Source: Solirubrobacterales bacterium (lineage in GTDB: Bacteria; Actinomycetota; Thermoleophilia; Solirubrobacterales; Thermoleophilaceae). From it: a stretch of 64,000 nucleotides of DNA. Made by a program: the position numbers and the translations under genes. Where the stretch lies: assembly GCA_038237685.1 (NCBI GenBank), contig JBBRYL010000001.1:38189-102188 (forward strand), written 5' to 3'. The notes beneath the pieces were generated by a model. That model had not been told where the DNA came from and did no database searches. It saw only the letters and a program-made list of their open reading frames with translations. Position 1 is the stretch's first letter. Each line of letters starts with the position of its first letter. Shown piece after piece: positions 53,764 to 62,325 of the stretch.

Positions 53764-54522
53764 GTGAGATCCACCGGGCTGTTGCGGCCGCCCGCGCCGG
53801 CTGCGACAGTCCGTCCGCCCGTGTGCGCTGAGACCACCCTCGACATCCTCGTCGTCGACGACGACTCGGACCTGCGCGAGCTCCTCTCGCGCTCGTTCAC
53901 ACGCGAGGGGCATCGAGTCGTGACCGTCGCCGATGGACGTGGCGCCGTCGACCGCGCCAGCACCGGCCACTTCGACATCGTGCTGCTCGACGTCGGCCTA
54001 GGCGCCGGCCCCGACGGCTACGAGGTGTGCCGCACCCTTCGCGCCCGCCGCAACGTCGTTCCGATCGTGATGCTCACAGCGCTGGACAGCGAGGCCGATG
54101 CGGTGCTGGGCCTGGAAGCCGGTGCCGACGACTATGTAACGAAGCCCTTCGGCCCCGCCGAGCTGCGCAGCCGCATCCGCGCGGTGTTACGCCGCGCCGG
54201 GCCGAGGGCCCTGGGGGAAGACGTGCTGGCCGCGGGGCCGATCGTGCTGGATCGCAGCAGGCGGCGGGTGACCGTCCAAGGAGCGGACGCCGACCTGACC
54301 TTCTCCGAGTTCGAGCTGCTGCAGGCCCTGATGGCCGAGCCCGGCAGGGTGTTCAGCCGCGAGGACCTGCTCCGCGCGATCTGGGACGAGGGCGCCTACC
54401 GCGACCCGCGTGGGGTCGACGTACACGTGAGGCACCTACGGCAGAAGCTCGAGGCGGAGCCCGAACGGCCCCAGATGATCCAGACCGTGCGGGGCGCCGG
54501 CTACCGGCTGAGCTCCGGCTGA
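53764..54522 (+). CDS. OmpR/PhoB-family response regulator
   Basis: ILVVDDDSDLR, LLDVGLG, KPF, TVRGAGY. The start may be the internal GTG at 53821. Confidence 0.85.
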   Translation: MRSTGLLRPPAPAATVRPPVCAETTLDILVVDDDSDLRELLSRSFTREGHRVVTVADGRGAVDRASTGHFDIVLLDVGLGAGPDGYEVCRTLRARRNVVPIVMLTALDSEADAVLGLEAGADDYVTKPFGPAELRSRIRAVLRRAGPRALGEDVLAAGPIVLDRSRRRVTVQGADADLTFSEFELLQALMAEPGRVFSREDLLRAIWDEGAYRDPRGVDVHVRHLRQKLEAEPERPQMIQTVRGAGYRLSSG

Positions 54523-54526
54523 AGGG

Positions 54527-55951
54527 GTGGCTGGCCCAAGCGCGCTGGCGGGTCTGCGTCCGCGTCTGATCGGCGCGTTGGCTGCCACCAGCGCAATCAC
54601 GCTGGTGGTAGCGGCCGTGGCGCTGCTGTCTCCGCTCGAGCAACGGCTGCGAACCGAGCGGATCGACTCCCTCACCGCCGACTTGAAGGCCGACGGGTCG
54701 GCCTTCGAGGAGCTTCCGCGAGCGGAGGTCCGGGCCGGTGGGAAGCGGATCGGCGGCCTGGCCCGCGCCCTGCGCCGGCGCACCGGCGCGGACATCGCGG
54801 TTGTCGGTGGCGATGGTCAGACGCTGGTGGCCACCGATCCCGGGGAGGCCCGCAGAGCGGGAGACGTTGCACGCGCGCTGCGCACCGGCCGCGTGGTGAC
54901 CCAGACGGCGAGCGACGAGGGCGACCCCGAGGTTCGTGTGGCGGTGCCCGTGCGCTCGCGCGTGGGCCCGATCGTGATCTCCGCCCAGAAGCCCCTGGAC
55001 GCGGCCCAGCCGGCGGTGGGAGTGGTCGAGCGCGCCTTGGTGGAGGCCGCGCTGATAGCCCTGGTGATCGCGACTCTGATTGGCGTCTTCATCACCACCC
55101 GCCTGATCAGGCGCCTGCGCCTCCTTCGCGACACGGCGCTCCGGGTTGCGGAGCTGGGGCCGTCGGTCGAGGTGCGTCCCGACACGGCCCGCGACGAGGT
55201 GGGGGATCTGACGCGCGCGCTGGCCACGATGCAGGGCCGCCTCCACGAACAGGAGCAGGCGCGGCGCGCCTTCGTGTCCACTGCTTCCCACGAGCTGCGA
55301 ACGCCGCTCACCTCGTTGCAGCTCGTGCTCGGGCTCCTGGGCGAGGACCTGCGTAGTGGCACCATCGACTTGGACGAGGCACGCCGCCAGGTGACCCGCG
55401 CCGAGGCCCAGACGGAGAACCTGTCCCAGCTGGCCGCCGACCTGCTCGATCTGAGCCGGATCGACGCCGGGATCCCGATGCGACACGAGGGTGTGGAGCT
55501 TCGAGATCTCTGCGAGTCCGTGATCGCCGAGTTCAGCGGGCGCCTGAAGGAGACCAGCCAGGCGGTCGAGCTCGTGGCCCCGGACGCCTGCGTGGTCATG
55601 GCCGACCCTTCGGGCACGGCGAGGGTCGTCCGCCTCCTGCTGGACAACGCGCTCCGGTTCTCGCCACCCGATCGGCCCGTGACGGTCTCCCTGACCCGGG
55701 TGGGCGAGGGCGGGCGCGTGACCGTCTCTGACCATGGGCCCGGCGTGCCCGCCACCGAGCACGAGGTGGTGTTCGAGCGCTTCCGCCGGGGAACCCAGAC
55801 GGGCGGCGAGGGCGGCTTCGGTCTGGGCCTGGCGATCGGTCGCGAGCTCGCCCGGCGCATGGGCGGCGGGCTGCAGCTCGATCCGGTGGAGCACGGCGCG
55901 TCCTTCACGCTCGAGCTGGGCCTCGCCGAGGAAGGCAGGGACGCCGACTAG
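54527..55951 (+). CDS. Sensor histidine kinase
   Basis: H-box ASHELRTPL and HATPase_c G-boxes (GFGLGLAI). Confidence 0.9.
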   Translation: MAGPSALAGLRPRLIGALAATSAITLVVAAVALLSPLEQRLRTERIDSLTADLKADGSAFEELPRAEVRAGGKRIGGLARALRRRTGADIAVVGGDGQTLVATDPGEARRAGDVARALRTGRVVTQTASDEGDPEVRVAVPVRSRVGPIVISAQKPLDAAQPAVGVVERALVEAALIALVIATLIGVFITTRLIRRLRLLRDTALRVAELGPSVEVRPDTARDEVGDLTRALATMQGRLHEQEQARRAFVSTASHELRTPLTSLQLVLGLLGEDLRSGTIDLDEARRQVTRAEAQTENLSQLAADLLDLSRIDAGIPMRHEGVELRDLCESVIAEFSGRLKETSQAVELVAPDACVVMADPSGTARVVRLLLDNALRFSPPDRPVTVSLTRVGEGGRVTVSDHGPGVPATEHEVVFERFRRGTQTGGEGGFGLGLAIGRELARRMGGGLQLDPVEHGASFTLELGLAEEGRDAD

Positions 55952-56789
55952 CGTCGGCGGTCGAGCACCTTCTCGACCTCGCGGGCGATCACGCGGTAGC
56001 CCGCCGTGTTGGTGTGGTCGTCGTCCTTGTCCGAGCAGCTCCACGTCCAACGGCACACCCGTGCGACCGCGAGAGGGATGCGACCGTAGGGCTTGAGCTG
56101 GACATAGCGGTCCAGCTGGTCGGTCGCAAAGGCGTCCTCCACGTTCGCGATCGGAACGTGGGCCTTCCGTAGACCCGGTCGAGCGTAGCGTTGATGCGCC
56201 GTTCGACGGAGACCGACCGGCGCGCCAGCAGCCGGCCGGCCCGGCCGTGCACCCAGCTGCCTAGAAAGGAGTTGTAGTAGTTGATGCCGACGAGCGGTAG
56301 GTGGCCGCGGCCTGCTGCTCGCAGGCGCCGGATCACCTCTGGGAGGCTCTGGCGCAGCGAGACGAGGGCGCGATCCACGCAGCCGCCGTCGAAGCCGTTT
56401 CCGCGGTGGCAGCGCTCGACCTCGTTCGCACCGATGTCGAGCGTGACAAGTGCGGTTCGCCGGCTCTTTATGACTTCCTCGGCCCGCTCGAGCTGGCTCG
56501 GCCCCGGACGGTCCCTGTGGATCAGGCTCGCGCCGGTCTCGCCGCCTCGGCCGAGCTTGACGAGGACCAGGTCTTGGATCTGCGCGGCACGCTGATGCCA
56601 GATCGCCTCGGCGTAGCCCTGGTCGGAGGGCCTGTCGGGCTGAATGCCGGCCGCGAGGGAGTCACCCAGAGCGAGGTAGCGCGGCGCGTCGGGCGCCGGG
56701 CTCGCGGTGCCCCCGCCTCTCGCTCCGCCTACAACTGCTCCCAGGATCACCGCGAGCAGCACGGCTGCCGGATGGCGCACGCGTCGCAC
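55948..56789 (-). pseudogene. SGNH/GDSL hydrolase, interrupted by a frameshift near 56143-56172
   Basis: ORF 55989-56789 has a signal peptide plus block I ALGDSLAAG. Block V DHTNTAGY lies in ORF 55948-56142 in a different frame. The two read continuously (…DRVYG / RKAHVPIANVEDAF…) if 1 nt is corrected. Confidence 0.7.
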
Positions 56790-56926
56790 TGCCCTGACCG
56801 TAGCGAAGCGGTTGGGTCAGTGGATGCAGGGGAAGCCCGGGCGGCCGCGAGCCGGCTGGAATTCCTCCGTCAGGGCACAAGGGGACCGCGTAGGCGACCA
56901 GATCTTGCTGGGCGGAAGCCATCGCG

Positions 56927-58795
56927 TCAGGCCGCTCTCGGCGCCAGATCGGCAACGGGCTTGAACTTCAGATCTCTCCGGAGTGCTCCGGGCAGACGGG
57001 GCTTTGGCAGCTGGCCCTCGGCCCACAGCGCGGCGAGCGCCGCTCGTGGCAGCCCCAGCCGCCCCTCGTACAGCAGGTAACGCGGCTGCCAGCGCGGCCC
57101 GAGCTTGGCGTTGAACGAGTACAGGCTCTCGATCTGGAAGAACGGGTCCGCGAGCGCCACCAGGCGTCCGAGCAGCCGCTCGGCCCGCGTGGCGGGAGCA
57201 TGTACCAGACGGGCGAAGGCGGCGAAGTTCAGCGAGAGCTCCTCCACGCCACGCGCTCCGAACAGCTCGATCGCGCGTACCAACATGAACTCGGTGACCC
57301 CGTTCGGCGCGGCGCAGTCGCGGCGCATCGCGCTCAGCGAGGCGCGCGGGCTGCCGTAGGAGGGCACGAAGTGCAAAAAGCCGCGGATCCTGCCGTCCTC
57401 GTCGCGGGCGATCAGCACGGTCGAGTCGCCCAGGTACCGGCCACGCAGGCCGTCCATGGCCATCGAGAAGCCGCGCTCGGGCTCTCCGCCCAGCCAGCGC
57501 TCGGAGATCTCCTCGAGCACTGCGAGCTCCGCCGGCCCGACCTCGCTCAGCGTGCTCAGCTCGGTGGTGTAGCCGGCCTTCACGAGGCGAGTCACTGACT
57601 GGCGCACCTTGCGGATCGCCCGTCCCTCGAGCGAGAAGGCGCCGGTATCCACGATCGCCTCGTCGCCGATGTAGAGCGCGCGCAACCCGGCGTCGGCGGC
57701 GAGCTCACGCAGAAGCTCGCCGCCGCCAACGACTCCGAGCCGCAGGCCGCGCTCCTCCGCGAACGAGCAGACCTCTGACAACAGGCTCGGGATCGCCTCG
57801 GGCGGACCGACCGGGTCTCCGGAGCACAGGAGCACCCCGTTCTCCACTCGGTAGGAGAGGAAGGCCCGCCCGTCGCCGCTGATGAAGTGCTGGAGGTCTC
57901 CCCGGAGCTTGAAGAAGCTGAGGGTGTCCGAGCCGTTGGCCTGCACAAGCCGACGCGCCGCGCAACGCTGCGCTTCCGGCGGTGGCCGGCTCGGGGCGGC
58001 CAGGGGCCGGAAGGCCAGGCGAGCGACTGCAAGAGCCACGAGGAACCCCACGCCGACCGTCACGGTCGGCGCCGTCCACAGGTCGGCCACCAGCGCGGCA
58101 AGGCCGGCCGCCAGGGCAGTCGTGGCAGGGGCGAGCAGAGAGCGCAGGGCCGCGCGGGGCGCCAAGCGCTCGTGGGCTACGCAGAAGGCGTCCCGACCCC
58201 AGGTCAGCACGCCGGCGAGGGCCCAGCTCGCAACTGCCTCCTCGACGTCGAGACCCTTCAGCAGGTTGAGTGCGCCCACGCCCACAAGCAGCACGATCGC
58301 GAGCTGCAGGGCCCTGCGCCGGCGGCGAGCCAGGTAGGGCGCGAGCACGAGCAGCGCCAAGCCGGCCGGCAGCGCCAACGCATGCGCGAGCAGCGGGGCG
58401 TGGACTCCGGTGATTCGAGTGAGCACGGCGAGGCGGTCGTGGGCCCCCGGAGTGAGCGCAGAGATCACGTTGAACGCTCCCACCGCTCCCGTGAGCCAGC
58501 CGGCGGCCGCGGGCAGGGACTCGCCGCGGTAGGCCCGCCGCAGCGCGGCCGGAGCGCGGTGAATGCCAAGCCGCCATGCTGCCGTGTCCCGCCGGGACGG
58601 AACCAGGTCGTGCCAGTCCTTGGCCACGAGCCACGCCCCCGTCAGCGCGAGCGCGGAGGCGAGCAGGGCGGGAGCATCCATCGCCACGGCTGCCACCGCG
58701 GCGACCAGCGTGGCCAGCCCCAGGTGCCACTCGTGCACGCGAAGGCCGGCCACGAAGCATCGTGGACCGAGCGCATGGCTCTCGACTCGGATCAT
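56927..58795 (-). CDS. MprF-like aminoacyl-lipid synthase homologue (second paralogue)
   Basis: N-terminal TM region. DUF2156 blocks FFKLRGDLQHF...LLCSGDPVGP and FNAKLGPRWQPRYLLY. Confidence 0.8.
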   Translation of the reverse strand: MIRVESHALGPRCFVAGLRVHEWHLGLATLVAAVAAVAMDAPALLASALALTGAWLVAKDWHDLVPSRRDTAAWRLGIHRAPAALRRAYRGESLPAAAGWLTGAVGAFNVISALTPGAHDRLAVLTRITGVHAPLLAHALALPAGLALLVLAPYLARRRRRALQLAIVLLVGVGALNLLKGLDVEEAVASWALAGVLTWGRDAFCVAHERLAPRAALRSLLAPATTALAAGLAALVADLWTAPTVTVGVGFLVALAVARLAFRPLAAPSRPPPEAQRCAARRLVQANGSDTLSFFKLRGDLQHFISGDGRAFLSYRVENGVLLCSGDPVGPPEAIPSLLSEVCSFAEERGLRLGVVGGGELLRELAADAGLRALYIGDEAIVDTGAFSLEGRAIRKVRQSVTRLVKAGYTTELSTLSEVGPAELAVLEEISERWLGGEPERGFSMAMDGLRGRYLGDSTVLIARDEDGRIRGFLHFVPSYGSPRASLSAMRRDCAAPNGVTEFMLVRAIELFGARGVEELSLNFAAFARLVHAPATRAERLLGRLVALADPFFQIESLYSFNAKLGPRWQPRYLLYEGRLGLPRAALAALWAEGQLPKPRLPGALRRDLKFKPVADLAPRAA

Positions 58796-59784
58796 GGGGA
58801 GGGTGAGGGCTTGATGAGGCCGGCCAGCAGCGGCGTGGAGGACGCCCCCGCATGCGCCAGCGCGGGCAGTGCGAAGTTGGCCTCGATCGTCCGCAACAGG
58901 GCGTAGTGATTCGCGGGGACCGCGCTGGTGGCGCCCTTCCTGGCTGCGCCGCCGGCCGCGATCAACGCCACTCGTCCTCCGCCCTTGACTCCGTTGACTC
59001 CGCGGGTGTCCTTGCGCGCGCCTTCGTCCCAGGTCAGGTACAACACCCCGTGCGGGCCCAATGCGTGAAGCACCTTGGGCACGAGCCGGGAGGCGTAGCG
59101 ATCACTCTGGCGGAGCGAGCCGTTGTGGCCGTCGTGGCGCACGCCGGGAGCGATCCACGAGAACCGCGGAAGCTGGCCCCGGCGCAGATCGCGGTGCAGC
59201 TTTTTGAACCCGACGATCTTGGACCTTGCGGTGGCGCTCGTGGTGACCGCATCGTGGTAGACGAACGGGTTGTAGTGGGGGTTGTAGGTGGAGGTGATAC
59301 CCCCGGGACGGGTGTTGGACGTCAGGCCCTCGAAGTAGGCCTTCCAGGACACGCCGGCCTTGTCGAGCTGCCCGACCAGGTTCTGACCCGGCGTGTCGCA
59401 GCTCGTGCAGTTGCGGGTGATCTCGCCCGTGGAGCCCCCTGTGAGCGCGACGTAGTTGGGCAGGGACGGGTGCGACACCGCGTAGTAGCGGGTGGCAAGC
59501 GCGTTCTGTCGAGCGAGGTGGTTCAGATACGGCGCCTTGCGGTTGCCGATCACCTGCCCGAAGCTCTTGTTCTCGAGCGCGAGCACGGCCACCTTCGAAG
59601 GGTGGGGAAACCGTCCGCTCGGGGCGGCCAGCGCGGACGCGGGGCCGGGGCCTGGTCCCGCTGCGGGCAACCCGGCGGCGCCGACCAGTGCCACGCCGAG
59701 CGCGCCCACGGCCGCGACCGAAAGCCCGCGTCCCCTTCCCAGGAAGCGGCGGTAGGGGCGATTCGGTTCGTCTCGGCAGTTCAT
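58792..59784 (-). CDS. Tat-secreted phosphoesterase (acid phosphatase / phospholipase C family)
   Basis: Twin-arginine motif YRRFLGR plus an h-region. Phosphoesterase block SHPSLPNYVALTGG. 4-nt overlap with the downstream MprF-like gene. ATG 59784 is preceded by GGTGAGG. Confidence 0.8.
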   Translation of the reverse strand: MNCRDEPNRPYRRFLGRGRGLSVAAVGALGVALVGAAGLPAAGPGPGPASALAAPSGRFPHPSKVAVLALENKSFGQVIGNRKAPYLNHLARQNALATRYYAVSHPSLPNYVALTGGSTGEITRNCTSCDTPGQNLVGQLDKAGVSWKAYFEGLTSNTRPGGITSTYNPHYNPFVYHDAVTTSATARSKIVGFKKLHRDLRRGQLPRFSWIAPGVRHDGHNGSLRQSDRYASRLVPKVLHALGPHGVLYLTWDEGARKDTRGVNGVKGGGRVALIAAGGAARKGATSAVPANHYALLRTIEANFALPALAHAGASSTPLLAGLIKPSPSP

Positions 59785-59912
59785 GGACCTCACCCTCACA
59801 CCGGACCTGTTGCGGCGGACGGGGGCTGCGTTGGGATGCTGTTAGAGGTGGGCGCGCTGCGCCTCGAAGGCTTCGTCGTCGTGGCTCTCGAGCTTCGAGC
59901 TGTGGGAGCGCG

Positions 59913-60010
59913 AGGTCGTGGTCATCGCGGGCCTACTATGGCTGTCCGTGTCGGTGACTCCCGAAACCCTGCCGTGGGAGTCCATTCTGCAGCGCGGCGA
60001 GGGCGAGCAG
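59913..60010. repeat. Dispersed repeat, copy 2 (same orientation as copy 1)
   Basis: See copy 1. Hairpin GACTCCC-N13-GGGAGTC (59956-59982). Overlaps the 5' end of the helicase ORF. Confidence 0.85.
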
Positions 60011-62215
60011 CTGGTGGCCCGCTCGACCGAGCGCCGCCAGGACGCCCTCGTAGAGCCGATCCCTGACACGCTGCACCCCGAGCTGCTCGAAGCGCTTCAC
60101 CGGACCGGGGTCGAGGGCCTCTACACCCATCAGACCGACGCGCTGGCCGCGGCGATGCAGGGCCACACGATCGTGACCACCGGCACCGCCAGCGGAAAGT
60201 CGCTGGCGTTCAACCTGCCGGTGCTCGACACCCTGTGCCGCGACCGATCGGCACGCGCGCTGTACCTCTACCCGACCAAGGCGCTGGCCCAGGACCAAGC
60301 CCGGGCCCTGCACACCCTGCGCCTGCCCCACCTGCGCGCCGCGATCTATGACGGCGACACCCCAAAGGAGGAACGCCGCGCCATCCGCGGGCGCTCGAAC
60401 CTGATCCTCACCAACCCCGACATGCTGCACGTCGGGGTGCTGCCCAACCATCAGCAGTGGGGCGACCTGCTGGCCAACCTGGCGTGGATCGTGGTCGACG
60501 AGGCCCACACCTATCGCGGCGTGTTCGGCTCCCACGTGGCAAACGTCCTGCGCCGGCTGCGTCGCCTCGCGCTCGCCTACGGCACCGAGCCGCGCTTCGT
60601 GATGGCCAGCGCCACCATCGCCAACCCGGTCGAGCTGGCGGAGAAGCTGGTGGGCGACCAGGTCACGCTGGTGGCCCGCGACGGCGCTCCCAAGGCCGAG
60701 CGGCGGATCGCCATGTGGAACCCCCCGCTGGTGGACGAGCGCACCGGCGCCCGCGCCTCGGCGCTCGGCGAGGCCGCCGACCTGCTGGCAGATCTGGTGG
60801 AGAGCGGAACGCGCACGATCTGCTTCCTCAGATCGAGACGCGGCGTCGAGCTGATCCAGCGCTTCACCCAGCTTCGCCTCGAGGACCGCGGCCGCGCCGA
60901 TCTGGCCGAGCTGGTGGCGCCCTATCGGGCCGGCTACACGCCGGCACAGCGGCGCGAGATCGAGCAGCGGCTGGTGAACGGCGACCTCCGCGCGGTCGTG
61001 ACCACCGACGCCCTCGAGCTCGGCATCGACGTCGGCGACCTGGACGCCGCGATCTGTGTCACGTTCCCGGGCACCGTGGCCAGCCTGCGCCAGATGTGGG
61101 GCCGCGCGGGGCGGCGCAACACCGGGCTCGCTCTGTACGTGGCCGGCGCCGACGCGCTCGACCAGTTCTTCTGCCGCCACCCCGACGAGTTCCTCGGGCG
61201 GCCCGTGGAGTCGGCCATCCTCGATCACGAATCCGAGGAGATCTTCCTGGCACACCTGTGCGCGGCCGCGTATGAGATGCCCCTCTCGCCCGGCGACGAG
61301 GAGTTCCTCGGTGACCGCTGGGAGCCGGCCGCGCGCCGGCTCGTTGGCCTCGGCCAGCTGCGCGAGCGCGGCGGGCACTACCTGCCGCGCGGGGAGGGCT
61401 ACCCCGCCGGGCGGATCGCGTTGCGGTCCTCCTCGCCCGACTCGGTCGCGGTGATCGAGTCCGAGGGCGGCGAGGTGATCGGCTCGGTGGAGACCGCCCG
61501 CTCGCACGGCTCGGTGCACCCCGGCGCGATCTACCTCCACATGGGTCGCTCCTACCAGGTCGAACATCTCGATCTGGACAACCGTCGTGCCCTGGTCACC
61601 CCGTTTCACGGAGACTTTTACACCCAGGCCAAGCAGGACACCGACACCTTCATCGAGGAGGTCGTCGAGCGCCGCGAGATCGGCGACTCGCTGCTGTCGT
61701 TCGGCACCGTGAACGTGACCGAGCAGGTGACCGCCTTCCAGCGCAAGCGGGTGTCAGACCACGAGGTGCTCGACCTGCTGGCCCTCGACATGCCCGAACA
61801 GCATTTCGCCACCCAGGCGCTGTGGTGGGAGCTGCCCGAGCAGGCCCTCGCCGAGGATTTCCCGCTCGACGTGCTCCAGGGTGCGCTGCACGCCGCCGAG
61901 CACGCGCAGATCGCGGTGCTGCCGCTGATCGCGATGTGCGACCGCTGGGACATCGGCGGTCTGTCCACCGCCTTTCACGGCCAGACCGGGCGACCCACCG
62001 TGTTCATCTACGACGGCCATCCCGGTGGGGTGGGCATCACCCGGGTGGGCTTCGAGCGCTTCGAACGGCTGGTTGGCGACGCCCTGAGGCTTGTTCGCGA
62101 ATGCCCGTGCCGGAGCGGCTGCCCGTCATGCGTGCAGTCGCCCAAGTGCGGCAACCTGAACGAGCCGCTGAACAAGAACGGCGCGATCGAGTTGCTCACG
62201 CGGCTGACGGTCTAG
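59948..62215 (+). CDS. MrfA/YprA-like DEAH helicase with a C-terminal DUF1998 zinc domain
   Basis: Q-motif LYTHQ, Walker A TGTASGKS, DEAH (VVDEAHTY), four-Cys CPCRSGCPSCVQSPKCGN. The start is uncertain (GTG 59918, 59948, 59954 or 60014). Confidence 0.85.
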   Translation: MSVTPETLPWESILQRGEGEQLVARSTERRQDALVEPIPDTLHPELLEALHRTGVEGLYTHQTDALAAAMQGHTIVTTGTASGKSLAFNLPVLDTLCRDRSARALYLYPTKALAQDQARALHTLRLPHLRAAIYDGDTPKEERRAIRGRSNLILTNPDMLHVGVLPNHQQWGDLLANLAWIVVDEAHTYRGVFGSHVANVLRRLRRLALAYGTEPRFVMASATIANPVELAEKLVGDQVTLVARDGAPKAERRIAMWNPPLVDERTGARASALGEAADLLADLVESGTRTICFLRSRRGVELIQRFTQLRLEDRGRADLAELVAPYRAGYTPAQRREIEQRLVNGDLRAVVTTDALELGIDVGDLDAAICVTFPGTVASLRQMWGRAGRRNTGLALYVAGADALDQFFCRHPDEFLGRPVESAILDHESEEIFLAHLCAAAYEMPLSPGDEEFLGDRWEPAARRLVGLGQLRERGGHYLPRGEGYPAGRIALRSSSPDSVAVIESEGGEVIGSVETARSHGSVHPGAIYLHMGRSYQVEHLDLDNRRALVTPFHGDFYTQAKQDTDTFIEEVVERREIGDSLLSFGTVNVTEQVTAFQRKRVSDHEVLDLLALDMPEQHFATQALWWELPEQALAEDFPLDVLQGALHAAEHAQIAVLPLIAMCDRWDIGGLSTAFHGQTGRPTVFIYDGHPGGVGITRVGFERFERLVGDALRLVRECPCRSGCPSCVQSPKCGNLNEPLNKNGAIELLTRLTV

Positions 62216-62325
62216 CGGGAGGAGCGGAGCCCGGGCATCGGCCGAGCGAGCACCGCACCGATGTCTTCCCCAACTTCCGTTGCACGGGGTTGAGTTCCGG
62301 CCGCGACGGCCCGACAGGGCGAGGG

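Noticed and set aside
55959-55978. Hairpin GGTCGAG-CACCTT-CTCGACC just after the histidine-kinase stop, considered as a terminator.
   Set aside because: It lies within the C-terminal coding segment of the convergent, frameshifted SGNH hydrolase and has no U-tract. It is not distinguishable from chance in this GC context.
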